Assembly: GCF_006345805.1 (NCBI RefSeq)
Contig: NC_043011.1
Coordinates: forward strand, 35,104,464 to 35,168,463
Origin: Octopus sinensis
Taxonomy: Eukaryota
DNA length: 64,000 nt
Reading direction: 5' to 3'
In this document: positions 50,139 to 64,000 of the stretch, one piece after another
How positions within the stretch are numbered: the stretch's first letter is position 1
How the letters are laid out: each line of letters starts with the position of its first letter
Position numbers and translations under genes: made by a program
Notes under the pieces: model-generated
What the model saw: the letters and a program-made list of their open reading frames with translations, nothing else
Told to the model about the DNA's origin: nothing
Databases searched by the model: none

Positions 50139-51144
50139 AAGGCGGCGAGATGGTAGAATCTTTAGCACGCCGGGCGAAATGTTTAGCAGTATTTCGTCTG
50201 CCACTACATTCTGAGTTCAAATTCAGCCGAGGTCGACTTTGCCTTTCATCCTTTCGGAGTCGATAAATTAAGTACCAGTTACGCACTGGGATCGATATAA
50301 TCGACTTAATCCGTTTGTCTGTCCTTGTTTGTCCTCTCTGTGTTTTGCCCCTTGTGGGTAGTAAAGAAATAAGTATTTCGTCTGCCGCTACGTTCTGAGT
50401 TCAAATTCCGCCAAGGTCGACTTTGCCTTTCATCGTTTCGGGATCGATAAATTTAGTACCAGTTGCTAAATGACTGTTCCCCTTCCATTGTGCCTGGAGT
50501 AGAAAGGATTATTGTTGTCGTTGTTGTTATCATCCTGTATCATCATCGATCTCTATGCAAACCCATAGCCGTCAATAAACAAATTCTCGTCATCATCGTC
50601 GTCATTATTATTATTACTATTAAGGCGGCGAGCTGGCGGAATCGTTAGCACGCCTGGCAAAATGCTTGGTATTTCGTCTGCCGCTACATTCTGAGTTCAA
50701 ATTCTGCCATGGTCGACTTTGTCTGTCATCTTTTCAGGGTCGATAAATTAAGTACCAGTGAAATACTGGGGTCGATGTAATCGACTAGTCCCCTTCCGCC
50801 AAATTTCAGGCCTTGTGCCCATAGTAGAAAGGATTATTATTATTATTAAGGCAGTGAGCTGGCCGAATCGTTAGCACGCCGGGCGAAATGCTTGGTATTT
50901 CAAATTCTGCCAAGGTTGACTTTGCCCTTCAGCTTTCGGGGTCGATAAATTAAATACCAGGTGAGTACTGGGGTCGATGTAATCGAGTTAGCCCCTCCTC
51001 ACAAAATCCAGGCCGTGTGCCTATAGTAGAAAGGATTCTTCTTGTTCTTCTTGTTCTTGTTCTTGTTCTTGTTCTTGTTCTTGTTCTTGTTCTTCTTGTT
51101 CTTGTTCTTCTTCTTCTTCTTCTTCTTCTTCTTCTTCTTCTTCT

Positions 51145-51204
<60 letters not shown>

Positions 51205-51440
51205 GTTATTATTATTATGCGGAGGCGCGTGGCTTAGTGGTTAGAGTGTCAGCACCATGATCGAAAGATTGTGATTTCGATACCTAGACCGGGCGACGCG
51301 TTGTGTTCTTGAGCAAAACACTTCATTTCACGTTGCCCAGCCCACTCAGCTGGGGAACCCATATGCCATAGAAACCAGGAAACTGAGCCCATGAGCCTGG
51401 CTAGGCTTTAAAAGGGCGCATTTATTTTATTTTATTATTA

Positions 51441-51493
<53 letters not shown>

Positions 51494-51849
51494 GCGCGCC
51501 GGTAGAAATACTTAGCGATATTTCATTGACGCTACGTTGTGAGTTCAAATTCCGCCAAGTTGAAATTTGCCTTTCATCCTTTCGAGATCGATAAACCAAG
51601 TACGAGTTAGGTACTGGGGTCGATGTAATCGACTCATCCCTCTCCTCCATAACTGCTGCTCTTGTAGCAAAATTTGAAACCATTATCATCATTATTTTTA
51701 AGCCGGCGAGCTGGCAGAATCACTGGCGTTGACTTTAGCGTTTACCCCTGCAAGGTACAAAAATTAAGTACCAGTGAAACACCTGCGATCGATGTAATCG
51801 ACCAGTTCCCTCTCCACAAATTTCGAGCCTTGTGCCTATAGTAGAAAAG

Positions 51850-51850
<1 letters not shown>
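50139..51850. mobile_element. Cluster of SINE A copies (50139, 50621, 50847 on +; ~51500-51690 on -; 51700 on +) and one SINE C (51219-51420), separated by (TTA)n/(TTC)n
   Basis: Repeated family A heads and tails recognisable in each copy. Confidence 0.8.
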
Positions 51851-51920
<70 letters not shown>

Positions 51921-52658
51921 CATCATCATCATTATTGGATGTACAAAAATGCTACACGTCTTTTGGATATGGCCTTCGGTTCTGTTTTAAAATTGGATAA
52001 TTCTCTTGAGTGCATATCTTTGTGCTTCTGTATTTTAAGGTTCTCTCTCTCCCTCTATCTCCCTCTCCCTCCCTCTCTCTCTCTCTCTCTCTTTCTCTCG
52101 CTCCCTCTATTTTGTCTTGTTTTCCTTAACTTTTTGAAGAAAGACGAACAGGTGGGGACTTAAAAGCCGGTTGCTTTTCTGTTTCGGGACGCAAATCCTT
52201 ATATTTCGTTCTTTTGTTTTTGTATCGAGTAGATAGTTATCTTTTCTCTTTCACTTGTTTCTATCATTAGAACGCGGCCATGCTGGAGTACCTCCTTGAA
52301 GAATTTTTAGGAGAATAAATTTTCCCAGCAATTATTTATCTTTAAGCTTGGTACCTATTCTATCGGTCTTTTGCCGGACTGTTGCGGGGATATAAGCGGT
52401 CCATCACCAGTTGCCGAGGAGTGTGGTGGCGGACATACACAGACACAAAGACACACACTGCGCACACATACATATATTCTTTTGCTTTAGTCATTTGACT
52501 GTAGCCATGCCGGAGCACCGCCTTAAGGATATTTTTAGTCGAAGACATCACCCCAAAGACGTATTTTTTGTAAGCCCTGCACTTATTCTATCGGTCTCTT
52601 TTGCCGAACGCTAATTTACAGGACGTAAACAAACCAACGTCAGTTGTTAAGTAATGAT

Positions 52659-52750
<92 letters not shown>

Positions 52751-52794
52751 TCAATAAACGGTGGGTTGTGTTGACCGCACGTGGAGAAATGATA

Positions 52795-52958
52795 AGCAAG
52801 GAAAAATTGTAAAAATGTAGAATGCTCGATTGAAAGAAAATTTTAATGAAATGAGAAAATGAAAAAATATATAAATATATATATATTTTTTCATTTTCTC
52901 ATTTCATTAAAATTTTCTTTCAATCGAGCATTCTGCATTTTTACAATTTTTCCTTGCT
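52795..52958. repeat. 79-bp-arm palindrome centred on a TA run
   Basis: Arms 52795-52873 and 52880-52958, one mismatch, 6-nt spacer. Confidence 0.9.
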
Positions 52959-53914
52959 ATATATATATATATAGAGAGAATTAAGAGATTGAACATCCAT
53001 AAGGTAATTCAATTAATACTGAAAGATATTATATAAATTTAAATATATTATTATTAACGTTGTACTAAAAATTTCTACACATTAAAATGACTTTATTATT
53101 AATATCGTGCTAAAAACTTCTATTCTAAAATATACATTAAAAATACACATTAAAACGACGACGCGCGTGTCGTGACTATGTATACGAATCTATAATATCA
53201 AAATCGATAATCAAAAATGAATATTTCTTTGATCCAACGATACATAGCCACTCTTCAGGTCTCAATATCATAAAATAAATTTATAACATAGATGCAGACG
53301 TTATAAATATATATTTATACACACACACATACACACTCACACACACCTATATATATATATATACACGACGGGTTTCTCTTAGTTTCATTCAGTTTCCGTC
53401 CACCAAATCCACTCACAAGGCTTTGATCAGCCCGAGGCTATAGTAGAAGACACCAGACGAGGGTGTCACGCAGTGGGACAGAACCCGGAACCACGTGGTA
53501 GGGAAGCAAACTTCTTACCAGCATTTTTGTAAGCATGGGGATTTCTGTTATAATAATTGGAAGGCGCTCCCTAGAAAGTAGAGAGCAGCAGCCTTTCTAT
53601 GGAAATGTGTTGAAGAACTATCTTCTCTCAAACGAACAAACAAATTGGCTTTGGAAATTGATATTGAGAATGCTAAAAGAAGAAAAAAAACGAAAAAAAG
53701 AAAGGATTGTTTGTTTTATATCAACGGTAGCTGTATCCCCACAAACATATTTTTGAACAATATGAACAACAATAACAATTAACAGTTTCTGGAAAAAAAA
53801 AGGTGGGTAAAGAAAAAAAGAAAGGGAAGAATGATAACAGGAAGAATAATGTTTCCAGCAATCCTCTTATTGACAATAGCGGCAATAAAATCGGCGTAAA
53901 AAAACCCAGTGACA

Positions 53915-54570
<656 letters not shown>

Positions 54571-54574
54571 ACAG

Positions 54575-55060
54575 CAAAGACGTGGTGTGGGTAAAACCCA
54601 GTAAGAGTAATCGAGAATGACACGCTAAAGATTCTGTGAGATGTAACGATCCAATATGATCAGGAAATTGAACATCGAAAACTGGATTTAGTGGTTGTGA
54701 ATAAAGAGGAGAAAAAAAAATGTTTAATCATAGATATTGCATGCTCTGGTGATGAGAGAGTATGGGAAAAAGAAGAAGAGAAGCGGATCAGATATAAGTT
54801 GAAGTGAGAGATAAAAAAGATTGTGGTCTTTGAAGAAGGTGAGTATTGCACCTGATGTTGTAGTTCTGGGAACTATAAGAAATAAGCTCAGAAACTGGAT
54901 TGCAAAGATAGGAGTAAATGTGAAGATAGAGATCTACGGAAAACAGTGTTGCTGAGAACTATACGAATCCCCCTGTGGCGTTCACGAAATCTGAATAAGG
55001 AACGTTACCTTGACCCACTGGCACTTTGCTGCTTTCTCTAATGAAGTTGCTGGGTTAAAA
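54575..55060 (+). mobile_element. R4/Dong-like RLE-domain 3' fragment (second subfamily)
   Basis: VIENDTLKIL.DVTIQYDQEIEHRKLDLVVVNKEEKK.CLIIDIAC; follows (TAA)n. Confidence 0.75.
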
Positions 55061-55489
55061 AAGAACAACGACGACGCCGGTAACAAAAACAACAGCAGCA
55101 ACAACAACAACAACAATTATTTCTGCTATAAAGGCAAGACCTGAAATTTGGTAGGGGAGGGAGAGAAATAATAGGCCACAATTTTCGGGCTATCCAGTGC
55201 TAACACTAAGCAAATGTGAAAGTTGTCACGATAGGGTAGGACGGTATTTACATTGAAAAATTCGCGAATAGTCGATTTCATTGACCACAGTGTTCTGAGG
55301 TCAATGTAATTGACTTATTTTTTCCTACTACCGAAACCGCCGGTCTTTTGCCGAAATCTGAGACCAATATTTCTGAAGGAAACAAAGCCGCGAACTGGTC
55401 GAATCGTTAATGCGCCGGTCATTAACTCTGAATTAGTTGAAGAACCTGAAATCACTGCAAGCAAGGAAGTAAGCAAGCAAACGAATTAA

Positions 55490-56425
55490 AGAGACTGTAA
55501 AAAATAATTACAAAAAAGCAGAAATAACTTAAGAAATGGTGGAGCCAGGAGTCCCTTCATGGACAATATATTCTTCGAAGTAAAAATGCTGATATTGACC
55601 AAGCGACAACCTATCAAGGCTGAGGAGTTCAGACTTGAAAGCAGAAACTAAAGACCAAAGTTTTTTTACCGGAAATTACAAGGAAAATGTCCATTAAAAA
55701 CAGTGCTGACCCAAAATACAGCTTCTGCAGCACATTTGATGTAATAATAGACCGTCTTCTTTCGTGCTGTCCTGTGCTAACGCCAAATGAATATAGAAAT
55801 TGCCACGATAGGGTAGAACAGTATTTACATTGAAAAATATGTAAGCACTACAAAATTGACACTATTGCTAAGTGGTATGAACACTATCATGAGACAATAG
55901 TTGAAGGTAAAGAAGACGCCATTGTTTTGCGATTTTTCGATCAACACAGACAGAATAATCTAGACTAAAGGATCAGGCCTGATTATTAAAAACAAGGAAG
56001 GAAATACTCGAAGACTGATAAATGTAAGTGTCAACACGGGTAAAAATATACCTGTGAAGTAATTTGACAAGCTTAGTAAATTTAAGGGTCTGAAAATTGA
56101 AATACAGCATATGTGCCATATTGAAGCAAAAGCTGTCCTGCTATTGCACGTGCCTATAGCAGATAAATGAATGGTCATATCCAGATAACATCCCAGGAGA
56201 AACATATATCTCAGAAATCCAAAAGATTGTGTTGACAAGTACCGCTCACATACTTAGAAAAACTTCATCATATAAAATGTTTGTGTTGTGTCGTATCCTA
56301 TGAATTTATTTCTGTACTACCCTCCTAAATTTCCCTAGTTATATCTAAACATCTCTTCACTTTCACTTGTGCTGTGAGTGCAACCCGGCAAGTGATTGCA
56401 TCAAAACCGCAATTTAAAAGAAATG
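55490..56425 (+). mobile_element. R4/Dong-like 3' fragment (third copy) ending in (TAA)n
   Basis: LHGQY, LRSSDLKAET, LSCCPVL..EY..HDRV, DKLSKFKGLKIEI, EIQKIVLTSTAHILRK, then 3' UTR and (TAA)n. Confidence 0.8.
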
Positions 56426-56490
<65 letters not shown>

Positions 56491-56491
<1 letters not shown>

Positions 56492-56891
56492 GCCCTGATG
56501 CAGTACCAGGCAATGGCTCTCATAGCTTCTGATCTTAACTCATTGGAAGTGTTATTATGCTGTCTTGGTATAAAAGATGGGCTACAGCAAATATTCTGCT
56601 CAATACCACAGATTTGCTTGTCAGTTGTTTGACCGTAACAATTTGAGCATATCCCTTAGTGGCTGACGATATGTGCATTTCTGATCACGAGCAGAAGTAG
56701 TGGAGTTGCATCATAATAATGTGTTGAGAGGAATTCTTTGGGGTTTGAATAATACACCTCTGGGAACATGGGTGTTTTGTCCATCATCCTCAAAACAAAC
56801 CTTATTCAAGAACCTTTTGAGCAGGATGGGCTACTCAACCTGAAGAAAATTCTGAGTTCCACCTGCAAGCAATGTCATGCGCTGTTTATCT
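56491..56891 (+). mobile_element. Partial copy of the ~550-bp TAA-associated element
   Basis: Begins tgccctgatgcagtacc directly after (TAA)n and ends at (TTC)n. Confidence 0.8.
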
Positions 56892-56922
56892 TCTTCTTCT
56901 TCTTCTTCTTCTTCTTCTTCTT

Positions 56923-56983
<61 letters not shown>

Positions 56984-57099
56984 GTAGTAGTAGTAGTAGT
57001 AGTAGTTGTAGTATGGCTGTCAGCCTGACAAGCCATGCTTGACCTCGCCCGGTGAATTTTATAAAGAAAAAATCCCATAATAGTGTATTTGCACTCGAT

Positions 57100-59292
57100 T
57101 ATAATTTTTGCCAGTCTCTGACCGCAGTAGTAAGGAACTAGTGCGGTCAGAGACTGGCAAAAATTATAATCCAGTGCCAGAAATAGCCATCCCTTGGCTA
57201 ATTGTGGCAGTGATGATAGACATTGAGGAAAACTCGAAAATCCTCGAAGCTTATGAAACCAAAAAAGGAAAACTGGTCTGGGATGACCGTAGAACTCCTC
57301 ATTCAAACAACACAAAAGATTGTGGATCTCATTCCAGACCATATATTTCTTTCTGGAGGCAGCATAATTCCTGTCAATGTGCTACTTTTGCTTTTCACCT
57401 AAGCATTTAAAAATTGACTGCCCCAAGCTAAACGAAAAAGATAGACAGCACCTTTCCTCCCTACACCAACGACGGCCAGCAGAACTCCAGCGGCAACAAC
57501 AGCAGCAGCACCATCACCATCACCATCAGAAGATTCAGCAATAGCACCAATAACACCAATACCAACAACCATGCCGACACCGAGTTGACCCTAACATTTC
57601 TCAGCGCCCGAAGATGTTCCACTTCCCGATGCAGAGCGGGTGGACATCATAGCTGGAGAGACGGACCGCGATGAAGATTGGCAGTAAAAACAAAAAGAAA
57701 CGTAAAAAAGAGACAGAAGGGAGAATAAACAAATGAACAAACAACAACAACAACAACAACGATACTCATCCACACAAGAAGAGGAAAGGAAAAAAGAAAT
57801 CAAGACAACAAACACGCCCAAAACAAACACTGCATCGACACCATCACCTCTAACATCTGAAGCTACAAGCCATTCCACAAATGCAACAACAACAGCAATC
57901 ACAACCACTACAAAAACAACAACGACCGTAACAACAACTACAAACACAATATAAAGACAGTAACATTACGAACTACATGGCAATAAATTCAAATAACGAA
58001 TTAATGGAATATATAATAACACGCACAAACTACACCAAAAAATGTTCTCACGCCCACATTCTCCCCAACTGCACACATACACAACTGCACCCAACTGCAC
58101 ACATAGGCGCAGGAGTGGCTGTGTGGTAAGTAGCTTGCTAAACAACCACATGGTTCCGGGTTCAGTCCCACTGCGTGGCATCTTGGGCAAGTGTCTTCTG
58201 CTATAGCCCCGGACCGACCAATGCCTTGTGAGTGGATTTGGTAGACGGAAACTGAAAGAAGCCTGTCGTATATATGTGTATATATATGTATATGTGTGTG
58301 TGTTTGTGTGTCTGTGTTTGTCCCCTAGCATTGCTTGACAACCCATGCTGGTGTGTTTACGTCCCCGTCACTTAGCGGTTCGACAAAAGAGACTGATAGA
58401 ATAAGTACTGGGCTTACAAAGAATAAGTCCCGGGGTCGATTTGCTCGACTAAAGGCGGTGCTCCAGCATGGCCGCAGTCAAATGACTGAAACAAGTAAAA
58501 GAGTAAAAGAGTATACAAACCATTAAAACAACTCGAAACACATACACATACTTAAAAACCCATATCTTACAGGAAATCGGAGATTTTCGCCAGAATATCA
58601 CCAAGAGAATTCTTGGTGTTGGAAACACCCCAAACCAACGGGAGGGACGGGCAATCCGCCCCTCCAAACAAAACCGAGTAAGTTTTTCCCTTTCTTTCCT
58701 TCATCTTTTACTAACAGCATGGTCCTTTTACAAAACCGGCAGCGTGAATGTACGTGGCCTGGGGTCGCCTTGGAAGCGGAGTCACCTGCTCAATGACCTC
58801 AGGGAAAGGGACTGAAAATAAACTCTTTTCTCTTTGGACAATCCCTGTTGAACTTCTTCAAGTTTCACTTGAAAAGGAAAATAGGGGTAGAGAGGGAAGT
58901 GTTGTCTTCTAGTCAGTTTGCCGAAAGGTGGATGAAAATGGCGAGAATGGTACGAGTGAACGGGCCTGTCCTGAGCATACGCCTGTAGTTAGAAAGAGGA
59001 AAGAAGGAAACAAAAAAAAAAAAAAAAAAGAAAAGGCACCTGCCCCAAAAGTTAGGGTACCCATGATTTTTATGGGTTTTTTTTTGTGAGCAGTACTCGA
59101 ACATCTCCTCGCTATTGAGGTTTACACATTGTTGATGTCTCTTTTTTTTTATTTAATTGATCTTGTTTACACGCAAAACCCTCGCAACTACACATACTCT
59201 CACATACACACACACACACACATTTTTTGTTTTATCCTCTAGTGTCCATAATGTTTTTCTTCATGTAAACCATTGTGGTTAATAAAGAAATC
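57100..59292 (+). mobile_element. Tx1/L1-like LINE relic with most of ORF2 deleted
   Basis: CCHC knuckle CYFCFSPKHLKIDC (57380-57421); APE start GSVNVRGLGSPWKRSHLLNDL (58735-58812) nearly fused to a C-terminal-like block FFKFHLKRKIGVER..FAERW (58836-58988); 3' UTR with AATAAA and (CAT)n tail. Confidence 0.7.
58105..58510 (+). mobile_element. SINE family B, full length, inserted in the Tx1-like relic
   Basis: Colinear with 19956-20356. Confidence 0.9.
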
Positions 59293-59311
59293 ATCATCAT
59301 CATCATCATCA

Positions 59312-59444
<133 letters not shown>

Positions 59445-59514
59445 CATTATTATTTTATTATTATCATCATCATCATCATCATCATTATTATTATTATTAT
59501 TAATAGTATTATTA

Positions 59515-59727
59515 AGCCGGCGAGTTGGCAGAGATGTTAGCGCACTGGATGTAAAGTTTAGCGGTATTTTGCCTGTCGCTACGTTCTGAATTCAAATTCC
59601 ACCAAGGTCGACTTTGACTTTCATCCTTTTGGGGTCGAAAAATTATGTACCAGTTGAATACTGGGGTCTATGAAATCGACTAATCCCGTTCCCACAAATT
59701 CCAGACCTTGTGCCTATAGTAGAAAGG

Positions 59728-59730
<3 letters not shown>
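59515..59730 (+). mobile_element. SINE family A
   Basis: Head, body and tail recognisable. Confidence 0.75.
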
Positions 59731-59759
<29 letters not shown>

Positions 59760-59762
59760 TGT

Positions 59763-60139
59763 GGAGGCGCAATGGCCCAGTTGTTAGGGCAGCGGACTCG
59801 CGGTTGTAGGAAAGCGGTTTCGATTCCCAGACCGGGCGTTGTGAGTGTTTATTGAACGATAACACTTAAAGTTCCACGAAGCTCCAGCAGGAGGTGGTGA
59901 TGAGCCCTGCTGTACTCTTTCGCCACAACTTTCTCTCACTCTTTCTTCCTGGTTTCTGTTGCACCTATATTTCAAAGGGTCAGCCTTGTCACACACTGAC
60001 ACGCTGAATCTCCTCGAGAACTACGTTAAGGGTACATGTGTCTGTGAAGTGCTCAGCCGCTTGCACGTTAATTTCACGAGCAGGCTGTTCCGTTGATTGG
60101 ATCAACTGGAACACTCGTCGTCGTAACCGACGGAGTGCC
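59763..60139 (+). mobile_element. SINE family C with long tail
   Basis: Head as at 30772; tail as at 6170-6488. Confidence 0.8.
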
Positions 60140-61084
60140 ACTACTATTCTTACTATTATTTCAGATCAATATCATTTTTGTGGTTTGGTAAATTTTTATC
60201 TATCGTCTCAACTTACACAGTGGTAGGAATCAATAGGAAAGGAAAATGACAATCTGTGAGCAAGTGTTTTTCTATTTACATAAACGCGTATATATACAAA
60301 CGTATACTTTACACGAACACACAGATGGACATATGTGTATATGTGTGTGTGTGTGTGTGTGCAGACATCCATCCATACATTCATACGTACATACACACAC
60401 ATATTGATATCCATACTCATGTAAGCATACATATATATATATATGTATGAAAGTATGTCTGTATTTATGTATATAAACACACACACATACGCGCACATAC
60501 TTATACTTTATCATATATACTTGTATAAGTTTCAATATAGATGTAGGCAAGTACGTATATTATCTATGTACGTATGTATAATTAAATCTTAGTATGTGTG
60601 TGTAGACATACACTTCCAATTAAATATGAACACCTGTGAAATTCATCATTTTTTCTTTGCATGTTCATTTATGTAGAAAACGGTTGGTTTAATGAAATTT
60701 AGATTTTGCAAAATAAAATAAATAAATAATGCAAAGATACTAAAAGAAGAGAAGGTAGACATTTCGGTTTTATTGAAACCTAGTAATAATTGCCTCAGGC
60801 ATGGTTTATTATGATGTGTTTCGATCTTTTTAATCAGACTGTGAGGAATCTCGTTTAATAATGACTTCTTTTATTTGAGTGTATTATAAGTCGACGAGCT
60901 GGAAGACTCGTTAGCACGCCAGGCAAAATAGCGACATTTTGTCCATGTTTAAGCTCTGAATTTAAATTCCGCCGAATTTGACTTTGTCTTTCATCCTTTC
61001 ACGATCGATAAAAATAGGTTCCAGTAGTCTACCCCCAACGCCACCTCTCCCAAATTTCAAGTCTTGTGCCGATAGTTGTTTGTT

Positions 61085-61380
61085 CCTTCTCATAAGCTAA
61101 GCCTGGCTCATAAGGGGCGGTTTCCCCGGTTTCATTGGCCTATAGGTTCCCCACCTGGACTGGACGGAAGTCCGTCGCTGGTAAGCTGCTAGATATAGGA
61201 GGAAAGACTGAGAGAAAGTTGCGACGAAATAGTCGGCAGAGGTTTGCCATTACCTTCTGCCGGAGCCGCATGGAGCTTAGATGTTTCGCTCATAAACACA
61301 CACATCACCCGGTCTGAGATTCGAACCCACGATCCCTCGACCGCAAGTCCGCTGCTCTAACCACTACCATGTGCCTCTAC
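61085..61380 (-). mobile_element. SINE family C with alternative tail
   Basis: Minus strand head tagtggttagagcagcggacttgcggtcg..gggttcgaatc, then gaaggtaatggcaaacc and gaaaccggggaaaccgccc tail. Confidence 0.75.
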
Positions 61381-62198
61381 CTTGTGGTTTCTTTACATTT
61401 TTCATTTTCATCTTGTCCTTACGCGTTTTTCATATGCTGTCCTATTTCCCCCCTGTTTTGTGTCCCCACATGTGATGTATCATCCCCTCTATGTTCGCCA
61501 CTTGGAGGGTAATATAAAGACTAGGACTTTGGTGTTACTTTGGCGGAGGTTTGCGCTCTCTGACTGCTGTTGTTAATATTACCATAGGTGCAGGCGTAGC
61601 TGTGTGATAAGAAGCTGAATATGTCCACTACATTTCTTCCTTGTAGTGCGGAGAAACTTTTCGAGATGGAATATTGATATATATCTTTTCACTAAATACT
61701 AAATGTAAGATTTATTATATTCCTTTAAAACAGAACCATTTCCTGCCATATATATATATATATGTTACTATTGTTCAGCTTCTATTCAGCCATCACCATG
61801 CAAACATATCTTCCAATTGTTCAAACCTTCACCATCTCATTCTTTTTTTCGGTTACTGTATACCTAGGTCTAAATAATCCAATATCTTTTTTTTCTTTTT
61901 CAGTACGGTTGGGTATAGGTTGAGGGAATATTTGGTTGTTATTTCTCACAAGTCAAGTGACTACGTGGCAGTTCCATCACTGGCTCGCCGGAGCAAGTTT
62001 TCTAATTGCTTATCTCCCTTTCTTGTGGGTTAATAGACTATTCTATGGAAGAGATTTTCGGTAATATCTAAATTTCATTCATCTTCGTTTATTTTTAAAC
62101 CGTCTTAAAACTAAAATTTGTTATAAAGTAAAAGAAGCTTTCAATCTGCGGATACGAATAAATGTGTGATTATATCACAAAGAGCTATCGAGCTAAAA

Positions 62199-62787
62199 GG
62201 CAGCGAGCTGGCAGAATCGTTAGCAGGCCGGGCGAAATACTTAGCGGTATTTCGTCTGCCGTTACGTTCTGAGTTCAAATTCCGCCGAGGTCGACTTTGC
62301 CTTTCATCCTTTCGGGGTCGATTAAACAAGTACCAGTTACGCACTGGGGTCAATATAATCGACTTAATCCGTTTGTTAGTCCTTGTTTGTTCTCTCTGTG
62401 TTTAGCCCCTTGTGGGTAGTAAAGAAATAGGTATTTCGCCTGCCGCTACGTTCTGAGTTCAAATTCCGCCGAGGTCGACTTTGCCTTTCATCCTTTCGGG
62501 GTCGATAAAATAAGTACCAGTTTCGCACTGAGGTCGATGTAATCGACTTAATCCGTTTGTCTGTCCTTATTTCTCCCCTCTGTGCTTAGACCCTTGTGAG
62601 TAGTAAAGAAATGGGTATTTCGTCTGCCGTTACGTTCTGAGTTCAAATTCCACCGAGGTCGACTTTACTTTTCATCCTTTCGGGGTCGATAAATTAAGTA
62701 CGAGTTACGCACTGGGGGGTCGATGTAATCGACTTAATTCCTTGTTTGTCCCCTCTATGTTTAGCCCCTTGTGGGCCATAAAGAAAT
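62199..62787 (+). mobile_element. SINE A with one head and three tandem 184-bp bodies inside one TSD
   Basis: Bodies start at 62246, 62430 and 62614; 19-bp TSD aagagctatc(g/a)agctaaaa at 62180-62198 and 62788-62806. Confidence 0.9.
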
Positions 62788-63299
62788 AAGAGCTATCAAG
62801 CTAAAATAAAGTGAAGCCTTACACCCTTATCCAATGCGGAAAAATAAAATGATAACGAAAAAGAAGTTTGCATAGAAATATTAATTTTAGCATCGACAAA
62901 ATATCTTAAATTTGTGAGGAGGATAAAAATCGATTTAGATCGACCAAATTTCTGCTTGTAATTATTTTCTCCCCTCTAGACGGTTGAAGTATGAATTTAA
63001 CTTTGACGGATTCGAAATCAAAACGGAAAATGCAAAACTACTTATGATCAGGCTTTTGTCCAGTGAGCGATCAGTTCTCCTGATTTACTAATACCAAATG
63101 GTCATTGTAAACTTCTTTTACCTCTTTACAGTCATTGGAATATGGCCATGCTGGGGCACTGTCAGGAAGAGTTTAGAGTTTAGTTTATTCAGTCTCTTTT
63201 ACCGAACTGCTAAATTACAGGATCTTATACCACCCATCATTGTTGTCAAGCTGTATTGGCAGAGGGAACAAACACTAAGACATACATGCACACGTTTAG

Positions 63300-63899
63300 A
63301 TATATTCTTTTATTCTTTTGCATCAGTCATTTTATTGCGGCCATGCTGGAGCACTACCTTTAGTCGAGCAAATCGACCCCACGATTTATTCTTTGTAAGC
63401 CTACTAATCCTATCGGTTTCTTATGCCGAACCGCTAAGTTACGGGGACGTAAACACACCAGCATCGGTTTTGAAGCGATGTTGGGGGGACAAACACAGAC
63501 ACACAAACATCTACACACACATACGTATAGATCGGTAGCCACTACACACACATTTTTTCCTCTCCTTGTTTTTTTTTTCTGTGTCCCTTTCTATTGAAGA
63601 GCGTAGGCTCGAAACGTAAAAGACTTTTTCAATTCCTGAGCGTTATACTAATACATCTGTTTGTTTTGTACACCACATGTCTTCATCTTTTGCTTTTTTC
63701 GTGAACTCTCCCTATATATATGTATATATATATATGTATACAACGGGTTTCTATCAGTTTCCGTCTACCACATCCACTCAAGACTTTGGTCGGCCCCAGG
63801 CTATAGTAGAAGATAGTTGCTCAAGGTGTCACACAGTGAGACTGAACCCGGAACCATGTGGTTGGTAAACAAGCTACTTACTACACAGCCACTCCTGCA

Positions 63900-63900
<1 letters not shown>
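63300..63900 (-). mobile_element. SINE family B split at its internal microsatellite by a hammerhead-like element
   Basis: Head 63900-63740, 3' half 63520-63300. Confidence 0.75.
63540..63712 (+). mobile_element. ~170-bp element with core-mutated minimal hammerhead (63587-63622)
   Basis: CTTT-CTATTGA-A-GAGC-gtag-GCTC-GAAA-CG-TA-AAAG; all helices intact, G5 and A6 altered. Confidence 0.6.
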
Positions 63901-63936
<36 letters not shown>

Positions 63937-64000
63937 GTAGAGTGAAAAAACGACAGAAGGCTTGAATGTTAAAAAATATATATATTTGCGTCAATATGTC

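Noticed and set aside
56491-56560. Hammerhead or HDV ribozyme at the 5' end of the 550-bp element (CTGATGC..)
   Set aside because: Core is CUGAUGC with no downstream helix II plus GAAA, and no P1/P2 pairing for an HDV fold could be built.

Overview
Eukaryotic, repeat-saturated, non-genic window with a 100-N gap at 34647-34746. The SINE families and extreme microsatellite load suggest a coleoid cephalopod, probably Octopus (my recognition, not verified). No host protein-coding gene could be supported; most ORFs in the supplied track are microsatellite translations. The main result is an array at 8632-13217, flanked by (TA)n, of a ~489-bp unit: 8 head-to-tail copies on + and ~1.4 copies inverted. 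Every unit contains a complete type I hammerhead ribozyme (HHR), and the cleavage-to-cleavage monomer folds through nested inverted repeats, as expected for a non-LTR retrozyme template of a circular RNA. Further HHR or HHR-like motifs occur elsewhere. One has a canonical core (24980), two are apparent compensatory core variants (G3-C8 at ~42790, U3-A8 at ~41725), and several are decayed. Three of these sit in head-to-head fold-back insertions. Also present: a near full-length R4/Dong-type RLE LINE in (TAA)n plus two 3' fragments; a ~550-bp non-coding (TAA)n-associated element (4 copies); an internally deleted Tx1/L1-like LINE; RTE, CR1, mariner, hAT and probable Gypsy relics; Tigger-like MITEs; Helentron-type HINEs; three tRNA-head SINE families with nested insertions; and a 90-bp higher-order (GT) satellite. 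All structures were derived by eye; no folding or database search was run.
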